This document shows positions 1 through 10,501 of a stretch of DNA of 64,000 nt, one piece after another. Both the position numbers and the translations under genes were made by a program. Numbering within the stretch: the stretch's first letter is position 1; each line of letters begins with the position of its first letter. Origin of the DNA: a virus; IMG/VR virus record IMGVR_UViG_3300048691_000182, positions 32,280 through 96,279 of that record. The stretch is one strand, 5' to 3'. The notes beneath the pieces were generated by a model. That model was not told where the DNA came from. It saw only the letters and a program-made list of their open reading frames with translations, and did not search any database.

Positions 1-1005
1 ATTAATAGCATTGATGCTGATGATGCCTACAATAATGAAATTGCTAATAGGGATGTAAGTAGTTTTAGTGGTGGTGATCTAGATGCTATTCAAAATAAAA
101 AATTAGCGGCTAAAGATGCGTTAGATGCACAACTAACAACGCGTTTGTCTAATGATGCGTCTAGCGCTTTAACACAATTAAAAAGCTTGTCTGATGTTGT
201 TAAGAAAAATATTACCATAAATCCAATACTAGGTAGAGTAATAACTGCTACGTTAGGAACTAAAAAAGCCAACATTTTAACACAGCATTTAAATGATGCT
301 AAAGCAGTTACTAGACTGATAGATAACTTTGCTAAAGGCAACGGTGGTTATGGTGTTGGATTTACAGACAAGGGCGCTATAAGTGGGCTTATAGCCGGGT
401 TAGCTACAGAGGGAAGTAGACTTGGTCTCCCTAGTACTTTTACCAAACTTGCGGGTGCTGTTACTAGTAAAGGTCCTTTAATGGCAGCTGCCTCTATGCT
501 GCTACCTAAAGCAGCTAAGTCTGGTGATTTAAACCTTTTAAGAGATGTGGCTGATTCGGTTATAAAAGACGATATTTATAAAATAATGCCCAGCGTAATA
601 AGTGAAAATATAAAAAATTTTAGTTTACCGAAACCACTTAGCCTTAAGGACGCTGTATCTAAGTACGATCTTTTAAATAGTACTTTTAGTGATATTAAAA
701 CTGATTGGAATAAAGTAAGTAGAAACGGGGTTAGTACTTTATCTGGGTTAAAGCTAGGGAGTAACCCAATGATTCGCAGTTTATTAAGTTCTAAGGTTAT
801 GTCACAAACTGAAGAGGTTGTAGAGGCAGATTATGGGTTTGGTATTAATAGTAATGCTCATTCTCAAGATGAGAAATTTACCTTACCTGCCGCTTATTCC
901 TTAACAGATGTCACCGGTGAGTTAGAAAAATCTTTTCCCAGTATAAATGTTAAAGATGATTTATTTGTAAAAGAAAAACCAGTATTTGATCCTCAGTATA
1001 TTTAA
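1..1005 (+). CDS. Putative virion structural protein (5'-truncated by window)
   Basis: Frame is open from base 1 to the stop at 1005; lies beside the tail/baseplate block and is followed by a strong hairpin. Confidence 0.55.
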   Translation: MNSIDADDAYNNEIANRDVSSFSGGDLDAIQNKKLAAKDALDAQLTTRLSNDASSALTQLKSLSDVVKKNITINPILGRVITATLGTKKANILTQHLNDAKAVTRLIDNFAKGNGGYGVGFTDKGAISGLIAGLATEGSRLGLPSTFTKLAGAVTSKGPLMAAASMLLPKAAKSGDLNLLRDVADSVIKDDIYKIMPSVISENIKNFSLPKPLSLKDAVSKYDLLNSTFSDIKTDWNKVSRNGVSTLSGLKLGSNPMIRSLLSSKVMSQTEEVVEADYGFGINSNAHSQDEKFTLPAAYSLTDVTGELEKSFPSINVKDDLFVKEKPVFDPQYI

Positions 1006-1049
1006 ACAGCATAATAGCCAGGAATTTATCCTGGCTATTATGCTGTTTA
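1003..1049. terminator. Bidirectional hairpin terminator between convergent genes
   Basis: Perfect 21-bp inverted repeat taaacagcataatagccagga / tcctggctattatgctgttta. Confidence 0.8.
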
Positions 1050-3125
1050 TTACCTTCTAGTACCTGCAAATAAACCTTCTAACATCCCAACGGGAGTATC
1101 TTCTTTTACCCATAATGCCCATGCAGCTGGAGAAGTAAAAGCTTGTCCTGACCGTAGCTTTCTAGCAGCGTTTAAACGCAACTTAGGAATTGTGTGAAAT
1201 TGCTGGTCTAACGATAGCGAACTAAGAGTATTCATGTAGTCCGAGAATACTGTTTCTTCATCAAATACACCGTCCTCGTGTCCAAAGAATCCTCTAGATA
1301 TTTGCATATGCATTACTGAAGACATATCTACGACAGTAAAACTCACATCAATACCCATAGCCTGGTTACTACTATTAAAACCTAGATTGGTGGTTCCTCT
1401 AGTAATACTCAACGAGTCTATCATACCTAATCTAGTCTGGTGTCTACCGTGGTCGTATAGCTCACAAATAAAAGGACTAGTGTAAGACTGCTTACCAGTA
1501 GATAATGGAAGAGCAGCAGCCAACAACATACTGAGCGGTATGTATAAATTCTGCATCTGAGAAATAACATTACCGTAAGGTGATCTTAGCTTAATAGTGT
1601 ACGATGATCTTGGTAAACTAGCAGACGAGCTCTCCCAATGCTTAGGAATATCTACAAAACCGCCGCCAGCTAATTGAAGTAAACCAGACAAACCAAAAGT
1701 ATCAGCTGTGCCAGCAATAATACCTTTTGCCGTATTAACACCCATGTCAATAACAGATCCTATTCCGCCGATATTACCGCCACCCGCAAAAGAAAAGTTA
1801 ACAGATCTACCAGAGCTAGCCATTCCGTTCATTTTACCTTGAATATCCGAATCTCTAACTGAATTACTAAAACTTTCCTGCACTGAGCCTGTGTACTCAA
1901 CTTCAAAAGTTGCAAAAGCAGCACCATCATCCAATTCAGCTTTCAAGTCAGCCCAAAAATTCTTCAACCAACTTCTATTTCTGGTTGGATCATTTTGCTG
2001 CACACCTGGGGTTTCAGGTGGCGCTACGTAATCTGGATCAATTTTAATGTCTTGTTCTGAGCTAAGATCAGCTTTCTTTGAATCAGGGTCTGGCATGGTT
2101 GCTTCAGACTTTAACCAGCTCTGAAGTCTATCGTACCAGCCACGATTCATAGAACTATCGCTTAACATTTCTTGTCCAGCTTTCTGTACCACGCCAGCAA
2201 AATCTGTACTAGAAGAATTATTAAACTGTTCCCACAATTCATTATCGGCTGCAATCTTAAACCTCTGAGCCCTATTAGCAACTGCATAAACATCAATACC
2301 GCCATCTTTAGAAAAGACTTCCGGCATTAAATCATGAAGTTGTTCTAAGAACTCTCTGTCTGCTAAGTATGCTGTGTCAATTTTTTGATCAGTGGGGTCG
2401 TCTGATTTTAAAAGAGAAGGTATTAGACCACGCCCAACAGCAATTTTATTTACAATAGAATTTACAGCAGACCAATAACTCAGCATTGTTGGCTTAAGAT
2501 AATAGTATTTACTAGTCTGTTTCCCAAAGAAAAAACTAGCTACGTGCCCAAGTGCATTTACAGCAGCAAGTTGCCAAACAGCAACACTTGCCACTAAAGA
2601 AATAACTCTACCAACAGCATAGCCTAATTTTTCTGATAAAGTAGTTCTACCGCTTCTTGATAATGCTGCTGCCTTACTGTTGTAATAACCTGTAAAGAAT
2701 TGTGTAAGACTGTTGTATTGCGGGACACCAAACCGCATATGAATTTGTTGCTTATTTTTATCAATAGCTTCATGGTAATATCTACCCATACCGTTCTTAC
2801 CAGTAATGGAGCCTGGCGTAACAAGCTCTCTACCCGGTAATCTACCCATAGATCTTAAGTCCGCATATCTGGTAAACTGTGGTCTAGAATTAACAGCGTA
2901 TGTACCGCCAAGTGAGGTATCTTGAAAACTCAGGCTCACAGTGGAAAAAGTTCTATTGAGCACGTCTACACTTTCTAAATCTCCTGCTGAAACAAAAAAA
3001 GCTTGTTTAGCCCATGCTGCATCTAATACGGTGGATTGTTGGTCAGTAGCAAAAATGTTTTGTTGTTCTATTGTTGGTTCAGCAACGTTACTATCGCCCG
3101 TAGCAGATTCTTTATAAGTGCTCAT
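1050..3125 (-). CDS. Virion tail/baseplate protein (phiKZ gp182-like)
   Basis: 691 aa; directly downstream of the gp181-like gene, as in phiKZ-like phages; assignment is by synteny and size. Confidence 0.6.
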   Translation of the reverse strand: MSTYKESATGDSNVAEPTIEQQNIFATDQQSTVLDAAWAKQAFFVSAGDLESVDVLNRTFSTVSLSFQDTSLGGTYAVNSRPQFTRYADLRSMGRLPGRELVTPGSITGKNGMGRYYHEAIDKNKQQIHMRFGVPQYNSLTQFFTGYYNSKAAALSRSGRTTLSEKLGYAVGRVISLVASVAVWQLAAVNALGHVASFFFGKQTSKYYYLKPTMLSYWSAVNSIVNKIAVGRGLIPSLLKSDDPTDQKIDTAYLADREFLEQLHDLMPEVFSKDGGIDVYAVANRAQRFKIAADNELWEQFNNSSSTDFAGVVQKAGQEMLSDSSMNRGWYDRLQSWLKSEATMPDPDSKKADLSSEQDIKIDPDYVAPPETPGVQQNDPTRNRSWLKNFWADLKAELDDGAAFATFEVEYTGSVQESFSNSVRDSDIQGKMNGMASSGRSVNFSFAGGGNIGGIGSVIDMGVNTAKGIIAGTADTFGLSGLLQLAGGGFVDIPKHWESSSASLPRSSYTIKLRSPYGNVISQMQNLYIPLSMLLAAALPLSTGKQSYTSPFICELYDHGRHQTRLGMIDSLSITRGTTNLGFNSSNQAMGIDVSFTVVDMSSVMHMQISRGFFGHEDGVFDEETVFSDYMNTLSSLSLDQQFHTIPKLRLNAARKLRSGQAFTSPAAWALWVKEDTPVGMLEGLFAGTRR

Positions 3126-3157
3126 AATTTCTTTTCTATATTTTTTTTTTACAACAT

Positions 3158-3191
3158 ACTCAGAGTAAACCGTGAAAGGTTTACTCTGAGT
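3158..3191. terminator. Hairpin terminator
   Basis: actcagagtaaacc / ggtttactctgagt inverted repeat between genes. Confidence 0.7.
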
Positions 3192-3203
3192 GCTTTATGT
3201 TAT

Positions 3204-6200
3204 CTAAGTACGTGCCATTGACACTGGGACAGTTTTATTGGGTGTTCTTTGTGGTTGAGCACCCTGCACATTACTCGTATTCATATCATTATTACTAGGT
3301 GTGTTTTTCTCATCTACCTTCATTGCTTTAGGTTGACCAGAATTTTCTAATAATTTCTGTAACACAGACAACATACTAGTCTGTACATCAAGAGATTTCT
3401 TCAAAGTAGTAGAAACATCACCAATAGCATTTGTCATATCCGCATTAGGATTAGACTGAACTTGTTTAGTGGTGGGTACATTAAATCCACCTACATCTGC
3501 TCTAGGGGTCAGAGCAGCACTAATATTTCGATCAGGCTGGCTAGAGCTAGGCGTATTAGTAGAACTACTTTGACTAGGCATCCCAGCTATAGTACTAGCT
3601 GTTGAATTAGGAGCTTTTAGTCCCAAACCAGAACTACCGGGAACACCCGGTTTAACACCTTCTAAACTAGAGCCTGGCTTCAACCCTATACCACCTACGG
3701 GATGGTATTCAACTGGGACACCGTGTTCTTTTACTTTATTCTTGACTCTACCGTCTAATAAAGAATAAACTTCAGAAATAGTCCTAGGTGTATTACCATT
3801 ATAAAAAATACCAGGATTGCTCTTTGCTGCGTCTGGTAATACGTTAGCAGCAACAGTGTTTGGATCAGCACTAAAGAATTTCTTGGCACCTGCTGCACCT
3901 AAGAAATGAGCCATGTATAAATCAGTAGCATTTAAGTCTGATTTACTACCGGACAAGGACTTCATATTTTCTTTAATGTACTCAGCAGTCATTAAAGCAT
4001 TAGCCCTTGAATCCATGGGTGAAGTACCAGGTGTGATGCCGTACTTACTGCCATTTTTCCTAATCATGTCTTCCCAAGTTTTGTCAACAAATTGACCCAA
4101 ACCTGAAGCTGTGCTAGACCCAGCTCTTGCATTAGGATTAAACCCGGATTCGATAGCTATAACAGGGGCTAAGATTTTAGGATCTACTCCAGTCATCTTT
4201 GAAGCACCAAGAATAACGTCTTTCTGACTCTCCCAGCCTTTTGCAGAACTACCCTCTCCAAGAAGAGAATACTTTCCGCCCGTCCCAGGAGTAGAAGATT
4301 TTAAAGCTTCCATCTTGTCGCCAGGGGCTGGTGCTCTAGACGAAGTAGACATCATTCCCTTACCTGATTCACTATCAGCACTGGATGTAATTCCTGCTAA
4401 TCCAGAAGGTCCATCAGATTTAACTTGTGGTTTATCAGGGATAGTTTTCTTAGTAATATCAATCATTGTTCCGGCGTTACCCGCTTTTGCACTTTTATCA
4501 ATAGCTGTTAATACTTTTGAATTATCAGTGATTGCCGGTGACTCTGCTTTAGCAACAGCGCTTGGTGTTACATTCATGTCCAGTAGTTTCTTGGCTAATA
4601 CTGGGTCTCTTGTAGCTAGTTTACTACCAGCAACAGTACCTAGACCGCCACCACCTTTGCCTAAAGAAGCCTGAATAGCTTTTGTGGCTGCTTGAGGATT
4701 TTGTTTAAATCCTTGAATATCAGTTTGAATACCAGCAGGCTCCATATGCCACTTTTCACCCCCAACAGGTCTGGTAAAACCATACTTACGCATTAGGCCT
4801 AGCTTTTCCATTTCATCAAGAGTAGCTGAATTTATATCCACAGCTAAACCAGACTCATGCATACTAGTACCAGGTTTAGCCGCCTTACTTGAGTCAGCGG
4901 CATACAGTTGTTGTTGCTGAGCAAAAGTTCTAAAACCATCGTTGATATAAACAGTCTTACCTGTCAGTTTACCAAACTCTTCAATCATACCGTTTAAGTT
5001 AGCTTTAAAGGCAGGATTTAAGTTATCAATATTAACACCTGGTTTTAATTTTGTAAACTGAGAAGCATTTCTACCATCAGAAATAGCACCTCCAGCTAAA
5101 ACTAATCCATTAGGTGCCGCGCCACTAGTAGTATCAAAACCACCACTTCCTTTAGCACCTAGAGAACTAGACTCTGAATCAGGACCTCCTTGGGGTTTTC
5201 CTGATTCATAAGCGGAAGGATTATTGCCTCTTGCTCTTGGAGATGTATCGGTTGAAGGTTTAACCTTACCTGCATCACTAGTCTGAGGGGTTAGTTTTTT
5301 CTTTATGGCTTCAGCTGCTAATTCATTCTTAGCATCTTCTTGTAATGATTCTAATATATCTTTTAAAATACTAGAATTACTTCCTAAGCTATAACCATCC
5401 CAAGGTGAACTAGTAACACCCCATATTCCAGGTAAAGAAACTAGCTGATTTACAATGGTTAATTCTTGACTAGGTTTTAGTTGAGGTAGTTTACCTTTGA
5501 CTAATTCGGACCCAGACATTTGTTTTACTAAACCTAGATAAGTTAAGTAAACAGGTAAGAATCTTTTCTGAAACCAATTAATCCAATCTTCACCCTTATC
5601 AGTGTTTCTAGAAACCCCAAAAACACCACCTATGGAGTCTATAATTATATTTGCATCAGCCTTGAGACTTGCTTTTCCATCAGCTCCATAAATACTGTTA
5701 TCAGTAATTAGATCTTCTAATTGGCGAAGACAGTTTACTTTCATGGTCTCCATTTTGTGTAAACCATATGCTCTAAATCTAGCGCCCTCTAAAGCCTCGA
5801 TGGTGCCTGCTTTTCTATATCTTGGTGCAGAGCCCTTGGCTGATATATTGCGGGCCTCTGAGGCTGCTGTAGCTGCATCTCCTAAGCCATCAGCTTTGGT
5901 ATTCTTAGCAGTAGAGTTAGTATTTTTCTGATTTAGTTTATTTACTACATCTTCACCTAATTGTGCAGCGGTTGCCACACCTAAACGGGTAGAATCTTTC
6001 TTTTGTTTTAGATCTCTATCTGCGGCAGCTTTAGCTACTTTGAAAGCAGCTTCAACATCAGCACCGTTAGTTACTTTAACATCCGAAGTAATGTCAGGCC
6101 TATACTCAGAATCGTAAGGACCTTCAGGAAAATGAACTAATTCTAAATATTTAACTTTAATGGCTGGTTTAAAATCATCAACCTCAGCTAAAGGTGTTTT

Positions 6201-9200
6201 ATTATCTAAAGCAGCAATAGCGGTATAGTGCGTTAAGTAAACAGGTTTGAAACGATTAGTAAACCACGCTGTCCAGTTATTAAGAGCAGAGCTATCGTCC
6301 TTAGAAACATTGAACAAAGACAAAGCTTTTTCCATGTCAAAGTTTTTATCGGATAATGAAGCTCTACCAGCTTTCACCATGGTTATTTTCTTTAGCATGT
6401 CTTCTAATTCAAGTATTTTTTGTATACCTGAATTATCATCTTGCCTATAACCGTACTGCACCATTCTGAAAGCAACTAAAGGACTAACTTTAGCTTTCAG
6501 GTATTTGTACGCTTTGTAACCACCATAACTTAGTGCAGCCGCTGCGACTAAACCTAAGGTAATAGGTGATGTCAGAATAGCGCCTATAGTTGTTAAAGTA
6601 CCAGCTAGTCCTGCCACTATTGTCGCACCTAAAGTACTGCCTGTTGCTGCTGTAGCCGCAGCCGTGGCACCTGTAGCAGCCGCTGCGCCACCACCAGTTG
6701 CACCTGCGGCTATTGTACCAGCGCTAGCTGTTGCTGCGCCAGTAGCTAAGGCACCCGCACCCATACCAAATAAGCGCATACCAGCAAGGCTAGTACCGAC
6801 AGACTTTAAAGCAGAAGCACCTTTACGCAACCAACCCTTACCACCTTTTTTCTTAGATCCATCACCAATATCGAAGAGATCAGTAAGTGTATCCATAAGA
6901 CCTGATAAAAGACCACCTTCTTTTTCGCTTTTCTTTACAGCTTCATCTGCTTTCTTAGCACCTTCTGCGACACTTTTACCTTTGGTACCAAAACCTTTTT
7001 GTTGCTTTCTCCACGAACCTTCACGCACACCGTCACCATCTGTATCGTTGAAAGCTTGTTTCTTCTTACCAGGTAATCTGTCGTTGAGAACCGTATAAAT
7101 TTGAGTAAGTACGTTTACAGAAGCCTGACCATAGCCACCTATGTCAATCCCATTAACACCTCTGGTTATTAAATTAGCAGCTCCCTTTACTACATTTTTA
7201 ACAACAGTACCAATACCTCTTGTAAACTTTAATCCAGAAATAATGGTGTTTTTAACCATTGCTAATATTTTCTGAATAGGTAGTCTAATTGGATCTCCTT
7301 TAGAATCTACTAAACCCATTTTTATTTGCTCGGTAGTTAAGACAACCTCACCGGTGCTATTTTTAATGACGCCATCAATATCAGAAGGCCTCATAACTGG
7401 TCCATTGTCAGAAGCTCTGAAATAACCACCATTTCTCATAATGAGAGCCGTCATTACTGGGTTTTCAATACCTTTGACATAAATGTCAACTGGTTCATTG
7501 AGAATGTTTTTAGCTTTATTAATTATAAATTTAGCTGTATCAAAACCCAATTTTAAAATAGGTGGAATAACTAAATTACCAAGATTAGATATTCTTCTAA
7601 CATTTTTACCTAAGAAATTACTTACGCCGGTAACGGTTTTAGATAAGAGGTTTCTAGAAACTAAATTCTTTAACTCGCTTGCTTCTAAAATAACATTGCC
7701 TGCTTTATCTCTTACTTCACCGGTAATATCCGAAATCTTTTCAATTACTTTTTTACTGTTAACGTCAATGTAAGCGCCTGCTTTCAGTAACTCAGCCCTT
7801 AAAGCGACCCCGTCCCTACCAGTAACGTAAAGATCACTTATCTCATTGTAAGCTTCTTTAGTTTTATTCCAAAGAAAACTTCTTGCTGGTTGTGTAAAGT
7901 CTTTTGCAATATTAAAAGCGCCTTTGGCAGTGTCTTTAACAATACCAGCAGTTTCAAAAGGTTTCTTTGCAACCCAAACGGTGGCGTTCTTAGTCTTTCT
8001 AAGGAAATTCACTATGTTGATATTTCCGCGAGAGAAAATATCCTTAGCATCGGTTTTTAAATCAGCATAGCTATTATTTCCAGAACCACCAGGCATTCCA
8101 CGCGCCAGCATCTCAATCAACGATCCAAAATAAATAGATTGATCTTGACTGTTAAGGCTGGTAGTAGATTCAATTTTCTCTAATAATTTTCTCATTAGAG
8201 TAGCTTCGCTAATGAGCGTGGTGTTTTCTTCTTTGGTAAGAATAGCCTCACCTTCGTGAATCTTTGCAAACATGTCATGCGGTACTTTGTCCACGCCCAC
8301 TGCAAACGAAGGAACTCTTACGTTTTTACCATTTTTACCTCGTGGTTTCTTTTTCTGTCCCGGCTTATCGTCCTTGCTTCTGAATACAAGATCATCCGCA
8401 GAATCCATACCACCAACACCACCTGCGTAATTAAGTAGTTTCTCAATGTTAATGTTTCCATTTTCATTGACTAGGTCATTATTAGAGAGAAAATCATTCA
8501 TTCCTAAATTGATCATCTCTTGTATTTTTGATGCAGGGTTTTCTAAATATTGTCCAACACTTTTTTGCTTATCTGTAAAAGCATTATGCTTAGAAAGTGT
8601 TTCGTTATCTAAGCCAAAACCTACCTTGGTGTGTTCTTGAACTTTGAAGAACTTAAGCATAACGTTATGTATTTCGTCAGCGTATTTCTCAGTTATTTTA
8701 TCATTCGTAAAAGTATCTTTATTAGTAACGCTACCAATACCTGAATTAGTGTTGTCTAGGTTCTGAGAAAGAAGCTTCTTACCTAATGCTACTCTTGCGT
8801 CAGGTGACATTTTACCACCAGGATCAACCATCTCTAGCAATTCATCTAACTGACGCCCAGTGGCGTTCTTGCCGCTAGACATATAGTTTTTACTTGCTTG
8901 CTTTATTTGTTCCTTGGTAAGTTTTTTATCTGGATCAATTTTCTTTAAGTGTTTCTTAAGGTCTTCATCTGTTGGATTACCTTCAACAAGATTATTCAGA
9001 AGATTCTTCTCAGCAATTTTAGCATCTAAAAACTTATTTTTAGTAACGTCGTATGTGGTGAGATTGATATTCTCGTCACCTGTGCGCATTACTTGGAGTT
9101 CTCTAAATATTCTTGATAGATAACCAGGAATTACCTCGTTAATAGATTTATGTGTCTGCTTAGTAAAGATGTGTGGTTTATTTAAATCACCTAACTTGTC

Positions 9201-10460
9201 TTCTTTAACGCCAGTATCGGGACTGAGATCAGGAACTAACTCTTGCAGAAGACTAATAAGCTTTGATCCTATATTGTCTTTATATAAGAGTTGCTTATTG
9301 TTTTTGAATTCGGTTAACTTAGCAGGTGCATTTCCAACAAAATCTTTAAGTAGTTCATTACCTTTAGCAATTGTTTTATGTTTACCTAGAAAATCTTTTT
9401 GTCCCTTAGCTAACTTCTCAGCTAACCAGGTAATAAAAGCACTGGAAGCCGTGTTGCCTGCTAAACCTAACTTATCATCAACTTGTTCTAAAGTTTCTTT
9501 AGCTTCGCCAGCTTGCTCCAGAGCACCTGTGGCCTCATTTATTTTATCTTTAAATAAACTTACCTTATCTTTGGCTAGTTTAGTAATGTGGTCACCAAAT
9601 TTCTTACTGATGTTGCTATCAAATAACTTATTGGCCATTCTAGTACGCAACATCATATCTAGTCGTTCACTATTTGTCTGTTTGACAAAATCTGGTAGAC
9701 CTGTATTCTTTTGAATAGCGTCTAAACTAGTTCTGAGAAAAGCATTTTGCTCTTTAGTTTCACTAAGTAAATCCATCATCACAAACTGCGTGCGCATTTG
9801 TGTTTCTAAAGATTTACGTTGAAAGTTAATAGTTATTTTATCCTGATACTGAGCAAGTCTATTAGTAGCGTTACCAATTCTATTAAGCATTCCAAACACA
9901 TCTCTGTGTCTACCAATTTCAATGCCTTCTTGTAGTCTTTCTCTTACTTCCTTACGAGCATCTTGCTTAGCATTATGCGTCATTTGGAATTTAAAAGTAT
10001 CAGCTAAACTAATACCAAGACCCTCTGTTCTCTGGTCTTCCTTACTAGCGGCTGACTGAGTTAATGCTTTTTGCTGATCAGCCCATTTATTAATAGAACT
10101 AAGAGTATTCTTTAAATAAGGAGCGCTAGTAGGTACTAATTTATCAGCCGCTTTGCTCATTTCAGCAATACTGGGCTTAATTTCCCTGGCAGCGTTATTG
10201 TATAGCTGCTTAGCTGTAGTACCTACTTCATCTGCAAAATCCATCGCTTGGCCGTACCCTTCAGGTAGGGCTATGCGCAATAACTTCTTTATAAAAGAGG
10301 CATCTTTGATAGTAGATGTGGCACCTTCATAGACGCCATGCGCTAGTTTTGTAACTGGGGTTCTGTCGTCTTTGCCTTCGAGAGAATCGAAGTCGAAATC
10401 TGGTACATCAAAATCATCCTCCACAGGACGAGACGTATTTAGTTTGTCTGTCTTTGCCAT
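3204..10460 (-). CDS. Giant tail-associated/tape-measure-like protein with M15 peptidase and lytic transglycosylase domains (phiKZ gp181-like)
   Basis: 2418 aa. Motifs: FAVGVDKVPHDMFAKIHEGEAIL (tape-measure-type), DTDGDGVREGSW, a Gly/Ala hydrophobic segment, M15 (GFRT..QQ.LY, SMHESGLAVD, EKWH) and SLT (IESGFNP..ASGLGQF). Confidence 0.85.
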   Translation of the reverse strand: MAKTDKLNTSRPVEDDFDVPDFDFDSLEGKDDRTPVTKLAHGVYEGATSTIKDASFIKKLLRIALPEGYGQAMDFADEVGTTAKQLYNNAAREIKPSIAEMSKAADKLVPTSAPYLKNTLSSINKWADQQKALTQSAASKEDQRTEGLGISLADTFKFQMTHNAKQDARKEVRERLQEGIEIGRHRDVFGMLNRIGNATNRLAQYQDKITINFQRKSLETQMRTQFVMMDLLSETKEQNAFLRTSLDAIQKNTGLPDFVKQTNSERLDMMLRTRMANKLFDSNISKKFGDHITKLAKDKVSLFKDKINEATGALEQAGEAKETLEQVDDKLGLAGNTASSAFITWLAEKLAKGQKDFLGKHKTIAKGNELLKDFVGNAPAKLTEFKNNKQLLYKDNIGSKLISLLQELVPDLSPDTGVKEDKLGDLNKPHIFTKQTHKSINEVIPGYLSRIFRELQVMRTGDENINLTTYDVTKNKFLDAKIAEKNLLNNLVEGNPTDEDLKKHLKKIDPDKKLTKEQIKQASKNYMSSGKNATGRQLDELLEMVDPGGKMSPDARVALGKKLLSQNLDNTNSGIGSVTNKDTFTNDKITEKYADEIHNVMLKFFKVQEHTKVGFGLDNETLSKHNAFTDKQKSVGQYLENPASKIQEMINLGMNDFLSNNDLVNENGNINIEKLLNYAGGVGGMDSADDLVFRSKDDKPGQKKKPRGKNGKNVRVPSFAVGVDKVPHDMFAKIHEGEAILTKEENTTLISEATLMRKLLEKIESTTSLNSQDQSIYFGSLIEMLARGMPGGSGNNSYADLKTDAKDIFSRGNINIVNFLRKTKNATVWVAKKPFETAGIVKDTAKGAFNIAKDFTQPARSFLWNKTKEAYNEISDLYVTGRDGVALRAELLKAGAYIDVNSKKVIEKISDITGEVRDKAGNVILEASELKNLVSRNLLSKTVTGVSNFLGKNVRRISNLGNLVIPPILKLGFDTAKFIINKAKNILNEPVDIYVKGIENPVMTALIMRNGGYFRASDNGPVMRPSDIDGVIKNSTGEVVLTTEQIKMGLVDSKGDPIRLPIQKILAMVKNTIISGLKFTRGIGTVVKNVVKGAANLITRGVNGIDIGGYGQASVNVLTQIYTVLNDRLPGKKKQAFNDTDGDGVREGSWRKQQKGFGTKGKSVAEGAKKADEAVKKSEKEGGLLSGLMDTLTDLFDIGDGSKKKGGKGWLRKGASALKSVGTSLAGMRLFGMGAGALATGAATASAGTIAAGATGGGAAAATGATAAATAATGSTLGATIVAGLAGTLTTIGAILTSPITLGLVAAAALSYGGYKAYKYLKAKVSPLVAFRMVQYGYRQDDNSGIQKILELEDMLKKITMVKAGRASLSDKNFDMEKALSLFNVSKDDSSALNNWTAWFTNRFKPVYLTHYTAIAALDNKTPLAEVDDFKPAIKVKYLELVHFPEGPYDSEYRPDITSDVKVTNGADVEAAFKVAKAAADRDLKQKKDSTRLGVATAAQLGEDVVNKLNQKNTNSTAKNTKADGLGDAATAASEARNISAKGSAPRYRKAGTIEALEGARFRAYGLHKMETMKVNCLRQLEDLITDNSIYGADGKASLKADANIIIDSIGGVFGVSRNTDKGEDWINWFQKRFLPVYLTYLGLVKQMSGSELVKGKLPQLKPSQELTIVNQLVSLPGIWGVTSSPWDGYSLGSNSSILKDILESLQEDAKNELAAEAIKKKLTPQTSDAGKVKPSTDTSPRARGNNPSAYESGKPQGGPDSESSSLGAKGSGGFDTTSGAAPNGLVLAGGAISDGRNASQFTKLKPGVNIDNLNPAFKANLNGMIEEFGKLTGKTVYINDGFRTFAQQQQLYAADSSKAAKPGTSMHESGLAVDINSATLDEMEKLGLMRKYGFTRPVGGEKWHMEPAGIQTDIQGFKQNPQAATKAIQASLGKGGGGLGTVAGSKLATRDPVLAKKLLDMNVTPSAVAKAESPAITDNSKVLTAIDKSAKAGNAGTMIDITKKTIPDKPQVKSDGPSGLAGITSSADSESGKGMMSTSSRAPAPGDKMEALKSSTPGTGGKYSLLGEGSSAKGWESQKDVILGASKMTGVDPKILAPVIAIESGFNPNARAGSSTASGLGQFVDKTWEDMIRKNGSKYGITPGTSPMDSRANALMTAEYIKENMKSLSGSKSDLNATDLYMAHFLGAAGAKKFFSADPNTVAANVLPDAAKSNPGIFYNGNTPRTISEVYSLLDGRVKNKVKEHGVPVEYHPVGGIGLKPGSSLEGVKPGVPGSSGLGLKAPNSTASTIAGMPSQSSSTNTPSSSQPDRNISAALTPRADVGGFNVPTTKQVQSNPNADMTNAIGDVSTTLKKSLDVQTSMLSVLQKLLENSGQPKAMKVDEKNTPSNNDMNTSNVQGAQPQRTPNKTVPVSMART

Positions 10461-10501
10461 GTTTTATAAACTCCAAGTGGAATATTTTAAGAAAGATAGA
10501 A

